The notes below the pieces were generated by a model. That model had not been told where the DNA came from. It saw only the letters and a program-made list of their open reading frames with translations, and did not search any database. A DNA stretch of 64,000 bases from Vicinamibacteria bacterium (lineage in GTDB: Bacteria; Acidobacteriota; Vicinamibacteria; Vicinamibacterales; UBA8438): positions 84 through 64,083 of the forward strand of contig CAUZDS010000018.1 of the NCBI GenBank assembly GCA_963578725.1. Direction: 5' to 3'. The position numbers and the translations under genes are program-made. The first letter of the stretch is position 1, and each line of letters opens with the position of its first letter. Shown one piece after another: positions 51,639 through 61,071 of the stretch.

Positions 51639-53630
51639 ATGCTCCAACTCTCGTCGCTGTCCAAGGCGTTCGGCGAACGTATCCTGTTTGAGAACGTCAC
51701 CCTGCGGGTCTCCGCCGGCGACCGCGTCGGGCTGTGCGGACCGAACGGCGCCGGTAAGACGACGCTCCTGCGGATGCTGGCCGGGCTGGACGAACCGGAC
51801 GCCGGGACGATCACGGCGCGAACGGGGCTCACTGTCGGATATCTCCCCCAGGACGGGCTCAGCCACACCGGGCGGTCGTTGATCGACGAGGTGAGCACCG
51901 CGTTCCAACCGCTGCTCGACATCAAGCGGATGATGCATGAGCTCGAGGACCAGCTCGCCGACGATCGCAGATCGCGCGAGGATCATGAGGCGATCCTCGA
52001 GCGCTACAGCGAATTGCAGCATCAGTTCCGGGATCAGGACGGCTACACAATCGATCTGAAGGTGGCCGGCGTGTTGGGGGGGCTCGGGTTTCGCACCGGT
52101 GAGTTCGAGCAACAGACCGACACGTTCTCGGGTGGCTGGCAGATGCGGATCGCCCTCGCGAAACTGATCCTGCGTCAGCCGCACGTCATACTGCTCGACG
52201 AGCCGACGAACCATCTCGACCTTGAGGCGCGCAACTGGCTCGAGGACCACCTGGCCAACTATCCCCACGCCCTCATCCTGGTATCGCACGACCGCTACTT
52301 CCTGGACCGCGTCGTGAAGCGTGTCGTCGAGGTGGGACTGCGAACACTGACGCCATACGTCGGCACCTACTCCGAGTATCTGGTCGAGCGGGACGCGCGG
52401 ATTACGGCGCTCCGAGAACAAAAGAAACGGCAGGACGAAGAAATAGCCAGGATCCGCCAATTCATCGACCGGTTCCGCTACCAGGCGACGAAAGCGGCAC
52501 AGGTGCAGAGCCGCGTCAAGATGCTCGAGAAGATCACGCCGATCGCGGTCCCACCCGAGCGCAGGCAGGTGCGCTTTTCCTTCCCAGACTGCCCGAAGAG
52601 TGGCCGGGTCGCCTTGGAATTACGAGGCATCCGCAAGGCCTACGGCTCGACCACGGTGTTCGACGGAGTGGACGTCCACGTCGCGCGCGGAGACCGGATC
52701 GCCCTGGTCGGCCCGAACGGCGCCGGCAAGTCGACCCTCATGCGCCTGCTCTCCGGTGTCGAGGCGCCAGACGACGGCACCCGCGTCGAGGGGCACAACC
52801 TCGTCGCGCAGTATTTCGCGCAGAACGAGGCGACCCAGCTCGACTCCGACCTGACGGCCTACGACACGCTCGGGTCGGGCTCGCCGACCGACATGCTACC
52901 GGCCATCAGGAACATCCTCGGCGGGTTCCTGTTCTCGGGTGATGACATCTACAAACCCGTACGGGTGCTTTCTGGCGGCGAACGCACCAGGCTGGCGGTG
53001 GCGCGCATGCTGTTGCGGCCCTCCAACACCTTGCTCCTCGATGAACCCACCAACCATCTCGACATCGAGTCAACGGATGTCCTGCTCGATGCGCTACTGG
53101 CCTTCGGCGGCACCCTGGTGTTCGTCTCACACGACCGGTACTTCGTGGAGCGGATCGCAACCGCGATCATCGATATCGGCCACGGTGATGCGGTGCGCTA
53201 CCCCGGTACCTACGAGGAGTTTTGCTGGAGCAAGACCCATCGCGAGACGGATCGGCCCGCCACAGACCGGCGCCAGGCATCCACCCCGGCCAGGACCACA
53301 ACACGAAAGTCGGCCGTCCAGGGCACCGCCCGACCCGCCGGTCCGGCCGCGCGGGACAAACGACGCCACCAGGCGCAAGCCGAGCGCCGACTGAAGCGGG
53401 AACAGGCCGCCAGACTCACGCGGATCCGAGAATTGGAACAACGAATCACCGACCGCGAGCACGAGATCAAGGTGATCGAAGAGACAATGGCGGCACCAGG
53501 ATTCTATGACGACCGGGCGACGGCCAGTCCGGTGGTCGACCGCCATCAGAATCTGATGTGGGAAGTCGGGATGCTGATGAGCCAATGGGAAGCGTTGCAA
53601 CAGATCGACGGCGGGGACACCGTTGGATGA
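51639..53630 (+). CDS. ABC-F family ATPase (two ABC domains, inter-domain linker, C-terminal coiled-coil; Uup/YheS-like)
   Basis: Two Walker A motifs (GPNGAGKTT, GPNGAGKST) and two signatures (FSGGWQMR, LSGGERTR), with no TM domain. The start is trimmed to MLQLSSLSKAFG. Confidence 0.9.
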   Translation: MLQLSSLSKAFGERILFENVTLRVSAGDRVGLCGPNGAGKTTLLRMLAGLDEPDAGTITARTGLTVGYLPQDGLSHTGRSLIDEVSTAFQPLLDIKRMMHELEDQLADDRRSREDHEAILERYSELQHQFRDQDGYTIDLKVAGVLGGLGFRTGEFEQQTDTFSGGWQMRIALAKLILRQPHVILLDEPTNHLDLEARNWLEDHLANYPHALILVSHDRYFLDRVVKRVVEVGLRTLTPYVGTYSEYLVERDARITALREQKKRQDEEIARIRQFIDRFRYQATKAAQVQSRVKMLEKITPIAVPPERRQVRFSFPDCPKSGRVALELRGIRKAYGSTTVFDGVDVHVARGDRIALVGPNGAGKSTLMRLLSGVEAPDDGTRVEGHNLVAQYFAQNEATQLDSDLTAYDTLGSGSPTDMLPAIRNILGGFLFSGDDIYKPVRVLSGGERTRLAVARMLLRPSNTLLLDEPTNHLDIESTDVLLDALLAFGGTLVFVSHDRYFVERIATAIIDIGHGDAVRYPGTYEEFCWSKTHRETDRPATDRRQASTPARTTTRKSAVQGTARPAGPAARDKRRHQAQAERRLKREQAARLTRIRELEQRITDREHEIKVIEETMAAPGFYDDRATASPVVDRHQNLMWEVGMLMSQWEALQQIDGGDTVG

Positions 53631-53807
53631 ACTCCACGTCCAAACATTGCCGATCGTCATAGACTGACGGATGTGCCGTGACCAGTCTCGGCCGGACAGC
53701 CCATAGCTAGGCGCCAGGGCACCGTACACATCAGTCGCCGCCACAACTGCAAAACGTATTACCGGCGTGCGGCCGTCTCGACCAGCTGAACGCCCAAGCC
53801 TCTTCCG

Positions 53808-54743
53808 CTACGCTCTCGGGTGGGTTTTCTTGTACAGGGCCATCAGATGCGCAGCGTCCAGGTGGGTGTAGCGCTGCGTGGTGCTCAGACGGGCGTGGCC
53901 AAGCAGCTCCTGGATGACCCGCAGATCCGCCCCCCGCTCCAGCAGATGGGTGGCGAAAGAATGCCGCAGCGCGTGGGGACCGATGCCGTGACGACCGCCT
54001 GCCGCGGCGACATACCGCCGCACCAGGCGGTCAACGCTCCGCGTCGACAAACGCCCGCTCTTGTAATTGACAAACAGAGGCGAGCGCGTTGACCGGCGTG
54101 GTCCGTCCGTCACGCCCGATTCGAGCGCACGCGCGATGATCGCCTCCCGATCCCCCAGATAGGCACGCAGCGCCGCTGCCGTGCTGCGGTTGAACGGCAC
54201 AATGCGTTCCTTCCCACCCTTCCCGAGCACCCGCACGAGCCGGCTGCTGAGGTTGACATCCTCCAGATCGACCCCGACCAGCTCGCTCAGTCGCAACCCA
54301 GACGCGTAGAACAGCTCGAGAATCGCCCGGTCACGGCGCCCGAGTGGCGTCGTGACGTCAGGGACGCCGAGCAGCCGCTCGACCCCACCCAGGTCGAGAC
54401 GCGCTGGCACCTTCCGCACTTGCTTCGGCGTCGCCACCAGGGCCCAGGGATCCTTGTCGAGGTGCTGTTCGCGCCGCAGGTGACGCCCGAAGGACCGGAT
54501 CGCCGCCAGTTGCCTCGCCGACGACGCCCGTGCCTGCCCGCGATCGTAGAGCTCCGCCATGTATGCCCGCACGGTGTAGTGATCCACCTCGTCCGGTACG
54601 ATCCGATCCGCCGGACGGTCGAAACGTTGCTCCAGGAAGCGTAGAAATCGGGTCAGATCGCCCCGATAGGCTCGCACCGTGTGCGGCGACAGGTTGCGGT
54701 TCAGCCTCAAGTACTCAAGAAATGAGCGCAGATGCGTCCACAT
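53808..54743 (-). CDS. xerC: site-specific tyrosine recombinase XerC/XerD family
   Basis: 311 aa. N-terminal SAM-like domain ...FLEYLRLNRNLSPHTVRAYRGDL, catalytic ...HALRHSFATHLLERGADLRVIQELLGHARLSTTQRYTH. Sits after trmFO, like codV. Confidence 0.8.
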   Translation of the reverse strand: MWTHLRSFLEYLRLNRNLSPHTVRAYRGDLTRFLRFLEQRFDRPADRIVPDEVDHYTVRAYMAELYDRGQARASSARQLAAIRSFGRHLRREQHLDKDPWALVATPKQVRKVPARLDLGGVERLLGVPDVTTPLGRRDRAILELFYASGLRLSELVGVDLEDVNLSSRLVRVLGKGGKERIVPFNRSTAAALRAYLGDREAIIARALESGVTDGPRRSTRSPLFVNYKSGRLSTRSVDRLVRRYVAAAGGRHGIGPHALRHSFATHLLERGADLRVIQELLGHARLSTTQRYTHLDAAHLMALYKKTHPRA

Positions 54744-56142
54744 GGGCGTGGTCCGGTGACGTCACGACACTCGAGCGCCAGTCCTCGATCTCGACCAGCG
54801 CGCGTGCGGCAACCGCACGGCGCCGTTCGACCCGCCGGCGTGGAGCCCCCTCCACGACCGGGATCAACCCAAAGGCGATGTTCGACGGTTGGTAATCGGC
54901 CGGATTGGCATGAGACACATAGTGCCCCAAGGCCCCTATCGCAGTGGTGCGTGGTGGGGCCCGCGGCAACTCGCCCCGCGCTAGCGCTGCCGCATTGAGC
55001 CCGGCGATCAAACCGCTCGCCGCCGACTCGACATATCCCTCGACCCCGGAAATCTGACCGGCGAAGAACAGCGATGGCCGGCGGCGGGCCTGCCACGTCG
55101 GCCGCAGCGCGGTCGGGCCGTTGATGTAAGTGTTGCGGTGAATCATGCCGAACCGGACGAACTCGGCCGCCTCGAGACCGGGGATCATCCGGAAGACCCG
55201 CGCCTGCTCACCCCACTTGAGCCGTGTCTGGAAACCCACGAGGCTGTAGTGATCACCGGCCAGCGTGTCCTGCCGCAGCTGCACAACGGCGTAGGGCCGC
55301 CGGCCGGTCCGTGGGTCGGTTAACCCCACCGGTTTCATCGGCCCGAACCGCAGCGTGTCCTCGCCACGCCGCGCCATCACCTCGACCGGCAGACAGCCCT
55401 CGAAGAACCGCTCCTGATCGATCCCGTGCAGCGTCGCCAGCTCCGCCCCGAGCAGAGCGTCAAGAAACGGGCGATACTCGTCCAACGTCATCGGACAGTT
55501 CAGGTAGTCCCCATCACCCATGACACCGGCGGCACATCCGGAACCCGCGTGGTCCCCGGGTGCGGTCTCGTCCGACGTCGGTGTATCCCGCCCCCATCGG
55601 GACGCCCTGAACACGATGCCCAGATTGATCGTCTCGGCCAGCACGATCGGACTGATGGCGTCGTAGAAGTACAGATGGTCCCGACCGACCAGATCGGCGA
55701 TCGCGTCGGACAAGCTGGGCGAAGTCAAGGGACCGGTCGCCACGATCAGCGGTTCTCGCGCATGGCCGGACAGTGACAGGTCACGGACTTCTTCGCGCCG
55801 GATTGTGATCAGGGAGGCCGCCTCGAGCGCCGCGGTGATCCCGTCGGCGAACCGGACCCGATCGACCGCCAGAGCGCCGCCCGCGGGCACGCGCGTCTCG
55901 TCGGCAACGCGGATTACCAGCGACCCCAACCGCCGCATCTCCGCCTTGAGCAGTCCGACGGCGTTCTCGACCTTGTCGGCCCGGAAGGAATTGCTGCAGA
56001 CCAGCTCGGCGAGGCGGTCGGTCTGGTGTACAGGAGTCGGCCGCACGGGCCGCATCTCGTAGATGGTGACCGGCACCCCAGACGAGGCCGCCTGCCAGGC
56101 CGCCTCGCTCCCGGCAAGCCCGCCGCCGATGATGTGGATCAT
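54715..56142 (-). CDS. trmFO: methylenetetrahydrofolate--tRNA-(uracil-5-)-methyltransferase TrmFO (Gid)
   Basis: MIHIIGGGLAGSEAAWQAA..GV.V.IYEMRP......H.T...AELVCSNS. The start is trimmed to Met60 of the ORF. Confidence 0.9.
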   Translation of the reverse strand: MIHIIGGGLAGSEAAWQAASSGVPVTIYEMRPVRPTPVHQTDRLAELVCSNSFRADKVENAVGLLKAEMRRLGSLVIRVADETRVPAGGALAVDRVRFADGITAALEAASLITIRREEVRDLSLSGHAREPLIVATGPLTSPSLSDAIADLVGRDHLYFYDAISPIVLAETINLGIVFRASRWGRDTPTSDETAPGDHAGSGCAAGVMGDGDYLNCPMTLDEYRPFLDALLGAELATLHGIDQERFFEGCLPVEVMARRGEDTLRFGPMKPVGLTDPRTGRRPYAVVQLRQDTLAGDHYSLVGFQTRLKWGEQARVFRMIPGLEAAEFVRFGMIHRNTYINGPTALRPTWQARRRPSLFFAGQISGVEGYVESAASGLIAGLNAAALARGELPRAPPRTTAIGALGHYVSHANPADYQPSNIAFGLIPVVEGAPRRRVERRRAVAARALVEIEDWRSSVVTSPDHAHVDASALIS

Positions 56143-56287
56143 ATCGACAACCCCCCTCGCTCGCCCCGGAATCCTGAGCCCGGGAGACACGGGGCAGGAG
56201 CCATGAGACAGAAGAGCCGCTGAAGGCTTCGTGCTGGTGAAACGGCTGGCGCAGCCCTCCAGCTTCTCCCGTCTTCTGGCTCCTCCG

Positions 56288-58723
56288 TCACGCCGACGCC
56301 ACCTCCTCGGTGCGCGCATAGTCGCACGCGTCGTTGTTGCAGAGCACTTGATGCCCCAAACGCTTGGTGGTCTTCTCGACCAGATAGGGGGCTCCGCAGG
56401 CCGGGCAGGTCTCGCCTACCGGCCGGTTCCAGAGCGTGAAGTCACAATCCGGATAATTACTGCAACCATAGAATGGCCGGCCTCTTCGCGACTTCCGCTC
56501 AACGATGTGGCCCCCGTCGTTCGGGCAAGCTACACCGGTCGATTTTAGCTTCACGTAGCGGCACTTCGGGTAGTTGCTGCACGCGGTGAACTCGCCAAAC
56601 CGGCCTTGCTTCACCACGAGATTGGAGTCACAGCGGGGGCACTTTTCGTCGAGGAGCTGATCCGGCCTCGCCGCCGTCAATCCTCCCTTGGTCTCGATTA
56701 ATTTGCGGGTGGTCTTGCAGCCTGGATACCCCGAGCAGGCAAGAAACTGCCCGAAGCGACCGCGCTTGACCACCATCGGCTTACCGCAGTTCTCGCAGGC
56801 CTCCGGTTCCTCGTCCGCGACTGGCTCGGTCTTTTCGACCTCGCGTGTGTTCTGGCACTCCGGATACGCGCTGCAGGCCAGGAAGACACCGAAGCGCCCA
56901 ACCTTGAGGACCATGGGCGCTCCGCACTTGTCGCAGACCTCGTCGCTCGGCAGCCCTTCGCCCTTGACATTGGGCATTGCCTCGGACGCCAGCATGAGGT
57001 CTCGGCTGAACTTCTCGTAGAAGTTCCCAAGGATGGTGCGATAATCGGCAGTACCGTCCTCGATCTTATCGAGCTGCTCTTCGAGACCGCGCGTGTAGTC
57101 GACCGCCAGAATGTCGTCGAAGCTCGTGGCGAGCAGGTCGATCACGAGCCGGCCCAGCCGGGTAGGGTGGAACCGTCCCTCGAACTTCTCGGCATATTCG
57201 CGTGTCTGGAGCACCCCGATGATCGAAGCGTAGGTGCTCGGTCGTCCGATGCCGTTCTCCTCGAGCTCCTTGACCAGCGTCGCCTCACTGAACCGGGCCG
57301 GCGGCTGCGTGAACTTCTGCTCGGGATTCAGCTTCCTCAGCTCTAACCGATCGCCGACCGCCAGCTTCGGTAATGCCTCGGTGATGGCCCCGTCGCCGCC
57401 ATCGGCCGCGCCCGGCTCCTCGGCACCGGCCTGGGGTGCGTCTCCGGCCTCACCTTCGGAGCTCGATGTCGCGGACTGGTAGAGCGTGAGCCAACCGGCG
57501 AAGGTCGGTACCGACCCCTTCGTGCGCAGTAGATAGTCCCCCGCTTCGACCTCCAGCGTCGTGTCGTCGAAGGTGGCCGGTGCCATCTGGGAGGCAACGA
57601 ATCGATTCCAGATGAGCCGGTACAGCGAATACTGGTCGCGTGTCAGGTGGACCCGTACCGTATCCGGGTCGTACTGCATATTGGTGGGCCGGATCGCTTC
57701 GTGGGCGTCCTGGGCGTCCGCCTTCTTGCGGAAATAACGTGGCGCGTCCGGCAGGAAACCGGCGCCGTAGCGCTCGCCGATGTGGGTGCGCACGTCAGCG
57801 AGCGCCTCGTCCGCCACGCGTGTCGAGTCGGTTCGCATATAGGTGATCAGACCGACGGCACCTTCACCTGGCAGCTCAATCCCCTCGTAGAGCTGCTGCG
57901 CGATCATCATCGTCTTCTTGACCGGGAACCGGGCCGCCTGCTGGAGCTTGCTGGTAATGAACGGCGGCGGCGCCTGCTTCTTCCGCGCCTTGGTCGCTAC
58001 CGACCGCACCACAAAGGCGGCGCCCTCCAGGTCGGACACGACCGTGTTGATCTCGGTCGCGCTCGACACCTTGAGCACGTGCGCACCTTTCTTGACGACC
58101 TTGGCGTCGAACTCGGGTGGTATCCGTCCGGCCAGCCGGGCGAAGAGGTGCCAGTACTCAGCCGTGACGAACCGACCGATCTCCGCCTCTCGGTCGCACA
58201 ACAACTTGAGCGCGACCGACTGAACCCGGCCGGCGCTCAGACCGCGGCGCACCTTGTCCCACAACAGCGGACTGAGCTTGTAGCCGACCAGCCGGTCGAG
58301 CACACGCCGGGCCTGCTGGGCATCCACCATCCGCTGGTCGATGGTGCGCTCCTCCTTGAGCGCGGAGAGGACCGCCTTCTTAGTGATCTCGTTGAAGCGC
58401 AGCCGGCCGATCTTGCGACGCTTGGACCCGAGCTCGTTCGCCAGGTGCCAGCCGATCGCCTCCCCCTCGCGGTCGGGGTCGGTGGCAACGTAAATCTGCT
58501 CGACCCCCTTGGCGGCCTGCCGTAGCTCCTTAATTATCTTCTTGCGGGCCGGAATCGACTCGTAGACCGGGACGAAGCCCTCGTCGATGTCGACGCCCAG
58601 CTTGCTCTTGGGCAGATCCCGGATGTGCCCCATCGAGGCGACAACCTTGAAGTCTTGCCCGAGGAACTTGTTGATGGTCTTCGCCTTAGCTGGCGATTCC
58701 ACGACAACGAGTGCCTTTGGCAT
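56288..58723 (-). CDS. topA: DNA topoisomerase I (type IA) with C-terminal zinc-ribbon repeats
   Basis: MPKALVVVESPAKAKTINKFLG (TOPRIM) and four C-terminal C4 motifs. The start is trimmed to 58723, preceded by AAGGAAAAG. Confidence 0.95.
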   Translation of the reverse strand: MPKALVVVESPAKAKTINKFLGQDFKVVASMGHIRDLPKSKLGVDIDEGFVPVYESIPARKKIIKELRQAAKGVEQIYVATDPDREGEAIGWHLANELGSKRRKIGRLRFNEITKKAVLSALKEERTIDQRMVDAQQARRVLDRLVGYKLSPLLWDKVRRGLSAGRVQSVALKLLCDREAEIGRFVTAEYWHLFARLAGRIPPEFDAKVVKKGAHVLKVSSATEINTVVSDLEGAAFVVRSVATKARKKQAPPPFITSKLQQAARFPVKKTMMIAQQLYEGIELPGEGAVGLITYMRTDSTRVADEALADVRTHIGERYGAGFLPDAPRYFRKKADAQDAHEAIRPTNMQYDPDTVRVHLTRDQYSLYRLIWNRFVASQMAPATFDDTTLEVEAGDYLLRTKGSVPTFAGWLTLYQSATSSSEGEAGDAPQAGAEEPGAADGGDGAITEALPKLAVGDRLELRKLNPEQKFTQPPARFSEATLVKELEENGIGRPSTYASIIGVLQTREYAEKFEGRFHPTRLGRLVIDLLATSFDDILAVDYTRGLEEQLDKIEDGTADYRTILGNFYEKFSRDLMLASEAMPNVKGEGLPSDEVCDKCGAPMVLKVGRFGVFLACSAYPECQNTREVEKTEPVADEEPEACENCGKPMVVKRGRFGQFLACSGYPGCKTTRKLIETKGGLTAARPDQLLDEKCPRCDSNLVVKQGRFGEFTACSNYPKCRYVKLKSTGVACPNDGGHIVERKSRRGRPFYGCSNYPDCDFTLWNRPVGETCPACGAPYLVEKTTKRLGHQVLCNNDACDYARTEEVASA

Positions 58724-58924
58724 AAGCTTTTCCTTCGTCGGCGGTATCGACCGCCAGGTCCCAGCGACGGCCCACCAGCGTCGTCTTACCCTACCATCCT
58801 TCAGAAGGTCCTGGCTCGGTGCAGGACTCCCGGTGACTGTGCCGACAGCCACGTTGCCGACCGGCACCGCATCCCGGCTGAACGGCGTTACGCTCGGTCA
58901 CGAATGCCCCACTGTGCTTCCCAG

Positions 58925-58972
58925 TTGCACCGAGACCGCTCGCGATCGAGATCGCGAGCGGTCTCGGTGCAA
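58925..58972. repeat. 48-nt perfect inverted repeat (23-bp arms, 2-nt centre)
   Basis: TTGCACCGAGACCGCTCGCGATC-GA-GATCGCGAGCGGTCTCGGTGCAA. Lies 23 nt downstream of the dprA-relic stop and about 200 nt upstream of topA. There is no U-tract on either side. Confidence 0.95.
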
Positions 58973-58994
58973 CGCAGGGTGTCACCACGGGCCT

Positions 58995-59583
58995 CTATGT
59001 TCGAACGAACCGGCCGCCGTCGTGACGGGCTATCCGGCCCGCCAGCTCGAGCTCCAGCAGACGGGGCAGTAATCGAGGTCCATCGAGCCCAGACAGGGCG
59101 ATCGGATCATCCAGGTCACAGCTCTCACCGCATGACAGATGCTGGACTAGGTCGTCCGCCGCCTCGTCTGCGGCCGGTGGGTCCCCGCCCGCCCTTCCGT
59201 TGGGCTAGATCTCTTCTAAAATATCGTCCACATCCTCGACGAACTTTGCACCGTCTTTGAGCAGAGCGTGGGCACCGCGGTTCCGGCCGTTGAGCACGTT
59301 GCCCGGCACGGCCATAACCTCGCGGCCCTGTTCGAGCGTCTGACGCGCCACGTCGAGGGCCAACCCGCTGTGCTCTGGAGGGTACACGATGTCCAGACCC
59401 GAGCTAGCACGGCAACCGTGCGACCGACCTCGACCAGCGCGCCGCGATGCGCTGCCGAGTCGACACCTCGGGCCAGACCGCTGACCACGGTGATACCACG
59501 CCGCGCCAACCCGGACCCCAGCTCCCGGCCAACATCTCGAGCATAGGACGAACCGGCGCGACCCAGTCGACGAGTGTCATCAC
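58995..59583 (-). pseudogene. dprA: decayed DNA-processing protein DprA (Smf)
   Basis: Contains recognisable DprA segments: ...GSSYARDVGRELGSGLARRGITVVSGLARGVDSAAHRGAL..GRTVAVLA; then a 1-nt frameshift near 59400; GLDIVYPPEHSGLALDVARQ; about 50 codons missing (no RNRI motif); LEQGREVMAVPGNV...LLKDGAKFVEDVDDILEEI; an in-frame TAG at 59205-59207; and the winged-helix tail ...LSGLDGPRLLPRLLELELAGRIARHDGGRFVRT*. The N-terminal domain is absent. Confidence 0.7.
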
Positions 59584-59671
59584 TGCACCTCCAGCACGCA
59601 GAGCGGCGCGGCGACCGGTCGCAGAACACTTGCATCTCCGAGGGACGGGTGACTATAGTGGCGGGGGGTCC

Positions 59672-60025
59672 ATGATACGGAAGGTAGTGTTCGCGCTGGC
59701 GCTCGTCCTCGTGTTTGGGGTTTCGGCGCTGCGTGCCGACGCCCGATCGGACGCGAAGGCCCAGGTCGAGTTCGGCGTCACGGTGGCACAGCGCGGTTTG
59801 TGGCAGGAGGCGATCTACCGGTGGCGGCGGGCGATCGAGATGGACCCCTCCTACGCACCCGCCTGGAACAATCTTGGCATCGCATTCGAGCACGAGGGCC
59901 GGTTCGACGAGGCGCGCGAGGCGTACGAGACGGCGCTCGATCTCGACCCGGACAACCTCTTCATCGAGCAGAACTACGATCTCTTCATGGAAGTGAATGA
60001 CCGTGCCAGCCAAGACTTTCGTTAG
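59672..60025 (+). CDS. small secreted tetratricopeptide-repeat (TPR) protein
   Basis: Signal peptide MIRKVVFALALVLVFGVSALRA, then TPR motifs (WQEAIYRWRRAIEMDPSYAPAWNNLGIAFEHEGRFDEAREAYETALDLDPDN). Confidence 0.7.
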   Translation: MIRKVVFALALVLVFGVSALRADARSDAKAQVEFGVTVAQRGLWQEAIYRWRRAIEMDPSYAPAWNNLGIAFEHEGRFDEAREAYETALDLDPDNLFIEQNYDLFMEVNDRASQDFR

Positions 60026-60821
60026 TGTTGTCGCGGTGGCGCTGCTTGCCGGCTGCACCACCTTCCTCGAAATCCCCATCGAGACACCGTTGACGCCCAA
60101 GCTGGATATCTCCAAGTTCCAGCGCGTGTTGATTGCCGGGTTTGTCTCGGGAGGCTCCGAAGACGTTGACGCAAACACCGAGACAGCGCGTCTGCTGCGG
60201 AGTCAGCTGCGTCGCAACTCCGAGCTCCAGGTAATCGACGCCGATGTGCTGTCGTTGCTCGACGTTGCCAAAGAGCAGGGGGGGGTGATCGAACGGGACA
60301 CAGACCCGCAACCACCCTCCGGCACCGTCCCGGACGGGTTCGCGGCCACCGTCCAGGACGAGCCAGAGGACGCGATCGGCGAAGACGACTCGATGACCGA
60401 GGAAGAACTGGAGGCGTACGAGACGATCTTCGCGAACGTAGGGTACTGGCGTGACCTCGGCGAAGAGTATCAGAACCCACTGATCCTGACCGGCACCATC
60501 TACTTCTCGCCGCACGCCCGGTCGGGCATGGTGACCCGTGGACGTGAGATCTATGACTCGTTTGGGCGACGCCGGACCATTCCGGAGCGCGCATATCGGG
60601 ACCGGCGCGGGTTCGTCTTGAGCCCGAAGTTCATTTTCATCGACGGCGAAACCGGCGTCACTCTCTACACCGAGCGGCACCGCGAAGAGGTTCTGTACGA
60701 CGTGACGCAGAACACCCCGGCGCTGTCGTCCTATTTCGAGTTAATGGATCGTCTGCTGCCGTCCGTGCTGGGCGTGTTCAGCAGCCAGAGCATCCGTGGG
60801 ACCCGGACACTATTGAAGTAG
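59997..60821 (+). CDS. hypothetical lipoprotein
   Basis: Signal peptide with lipobox VALLAGC. 274 aa, no family recognised. Overlaps the TPR gene by 29 nt. Confidence 0.55.
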   Translation: MTVPAKTFVSVVAVALLAGCTTFLEIPIETPLTPKLDISKFQRVLIAGFVSGGSEDVDANTETARLLRSQLRRNSELQVIDADVLSLLDVAKEQGGVIERDTDPQPPSGTVPDGFAATVQDEPEDAIGEDDSMTEEELEAYETIFANVGYWRDLGEEYQNPLILTGTIYFSPHARSGMVTRGREIYDSFGRRRTIPERAYRDRRGFVLSPKFIFIDGETGVTLYTERHREEVLYDVTQNTPALSSYFELMDRLLPSVLGVFSSQSIRGTRTLLK

Positions 60822-60920
60822 TTGCCCCAGGCGTCCCTTTACAGGCAACCCCCTGCGCGAGTACGCTAGCAGCTTGGAGTGAAGCCCCCGCGTCCCGTCG
60901 CGCCCGCCTGACCAGACGCA

Positions 60921-61017
60921 ACGAGGGAGCGTGCCGGCCGGTTTTCGACCGAGAAGCAACGCAGACAGGCGGGTTATTCAGCGTCCGTCGAATGCGGCGG
61001 GGATTTTGGTGCGGGCT
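60921..61017 (+). repeat. copy B of the ~95-nt conserved element, in the rplU leader
   Basis: Carries the same ordered motif blocks as 51121-51214 and ends 55 nt before the rplU GTG. Confidence 0.8.
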
Positions 61018-61071
61018 GTTAGAGGGCTTCGGCTAGCGGACGCAGCCCGTGCAATACGAAGGGGCAAACTC

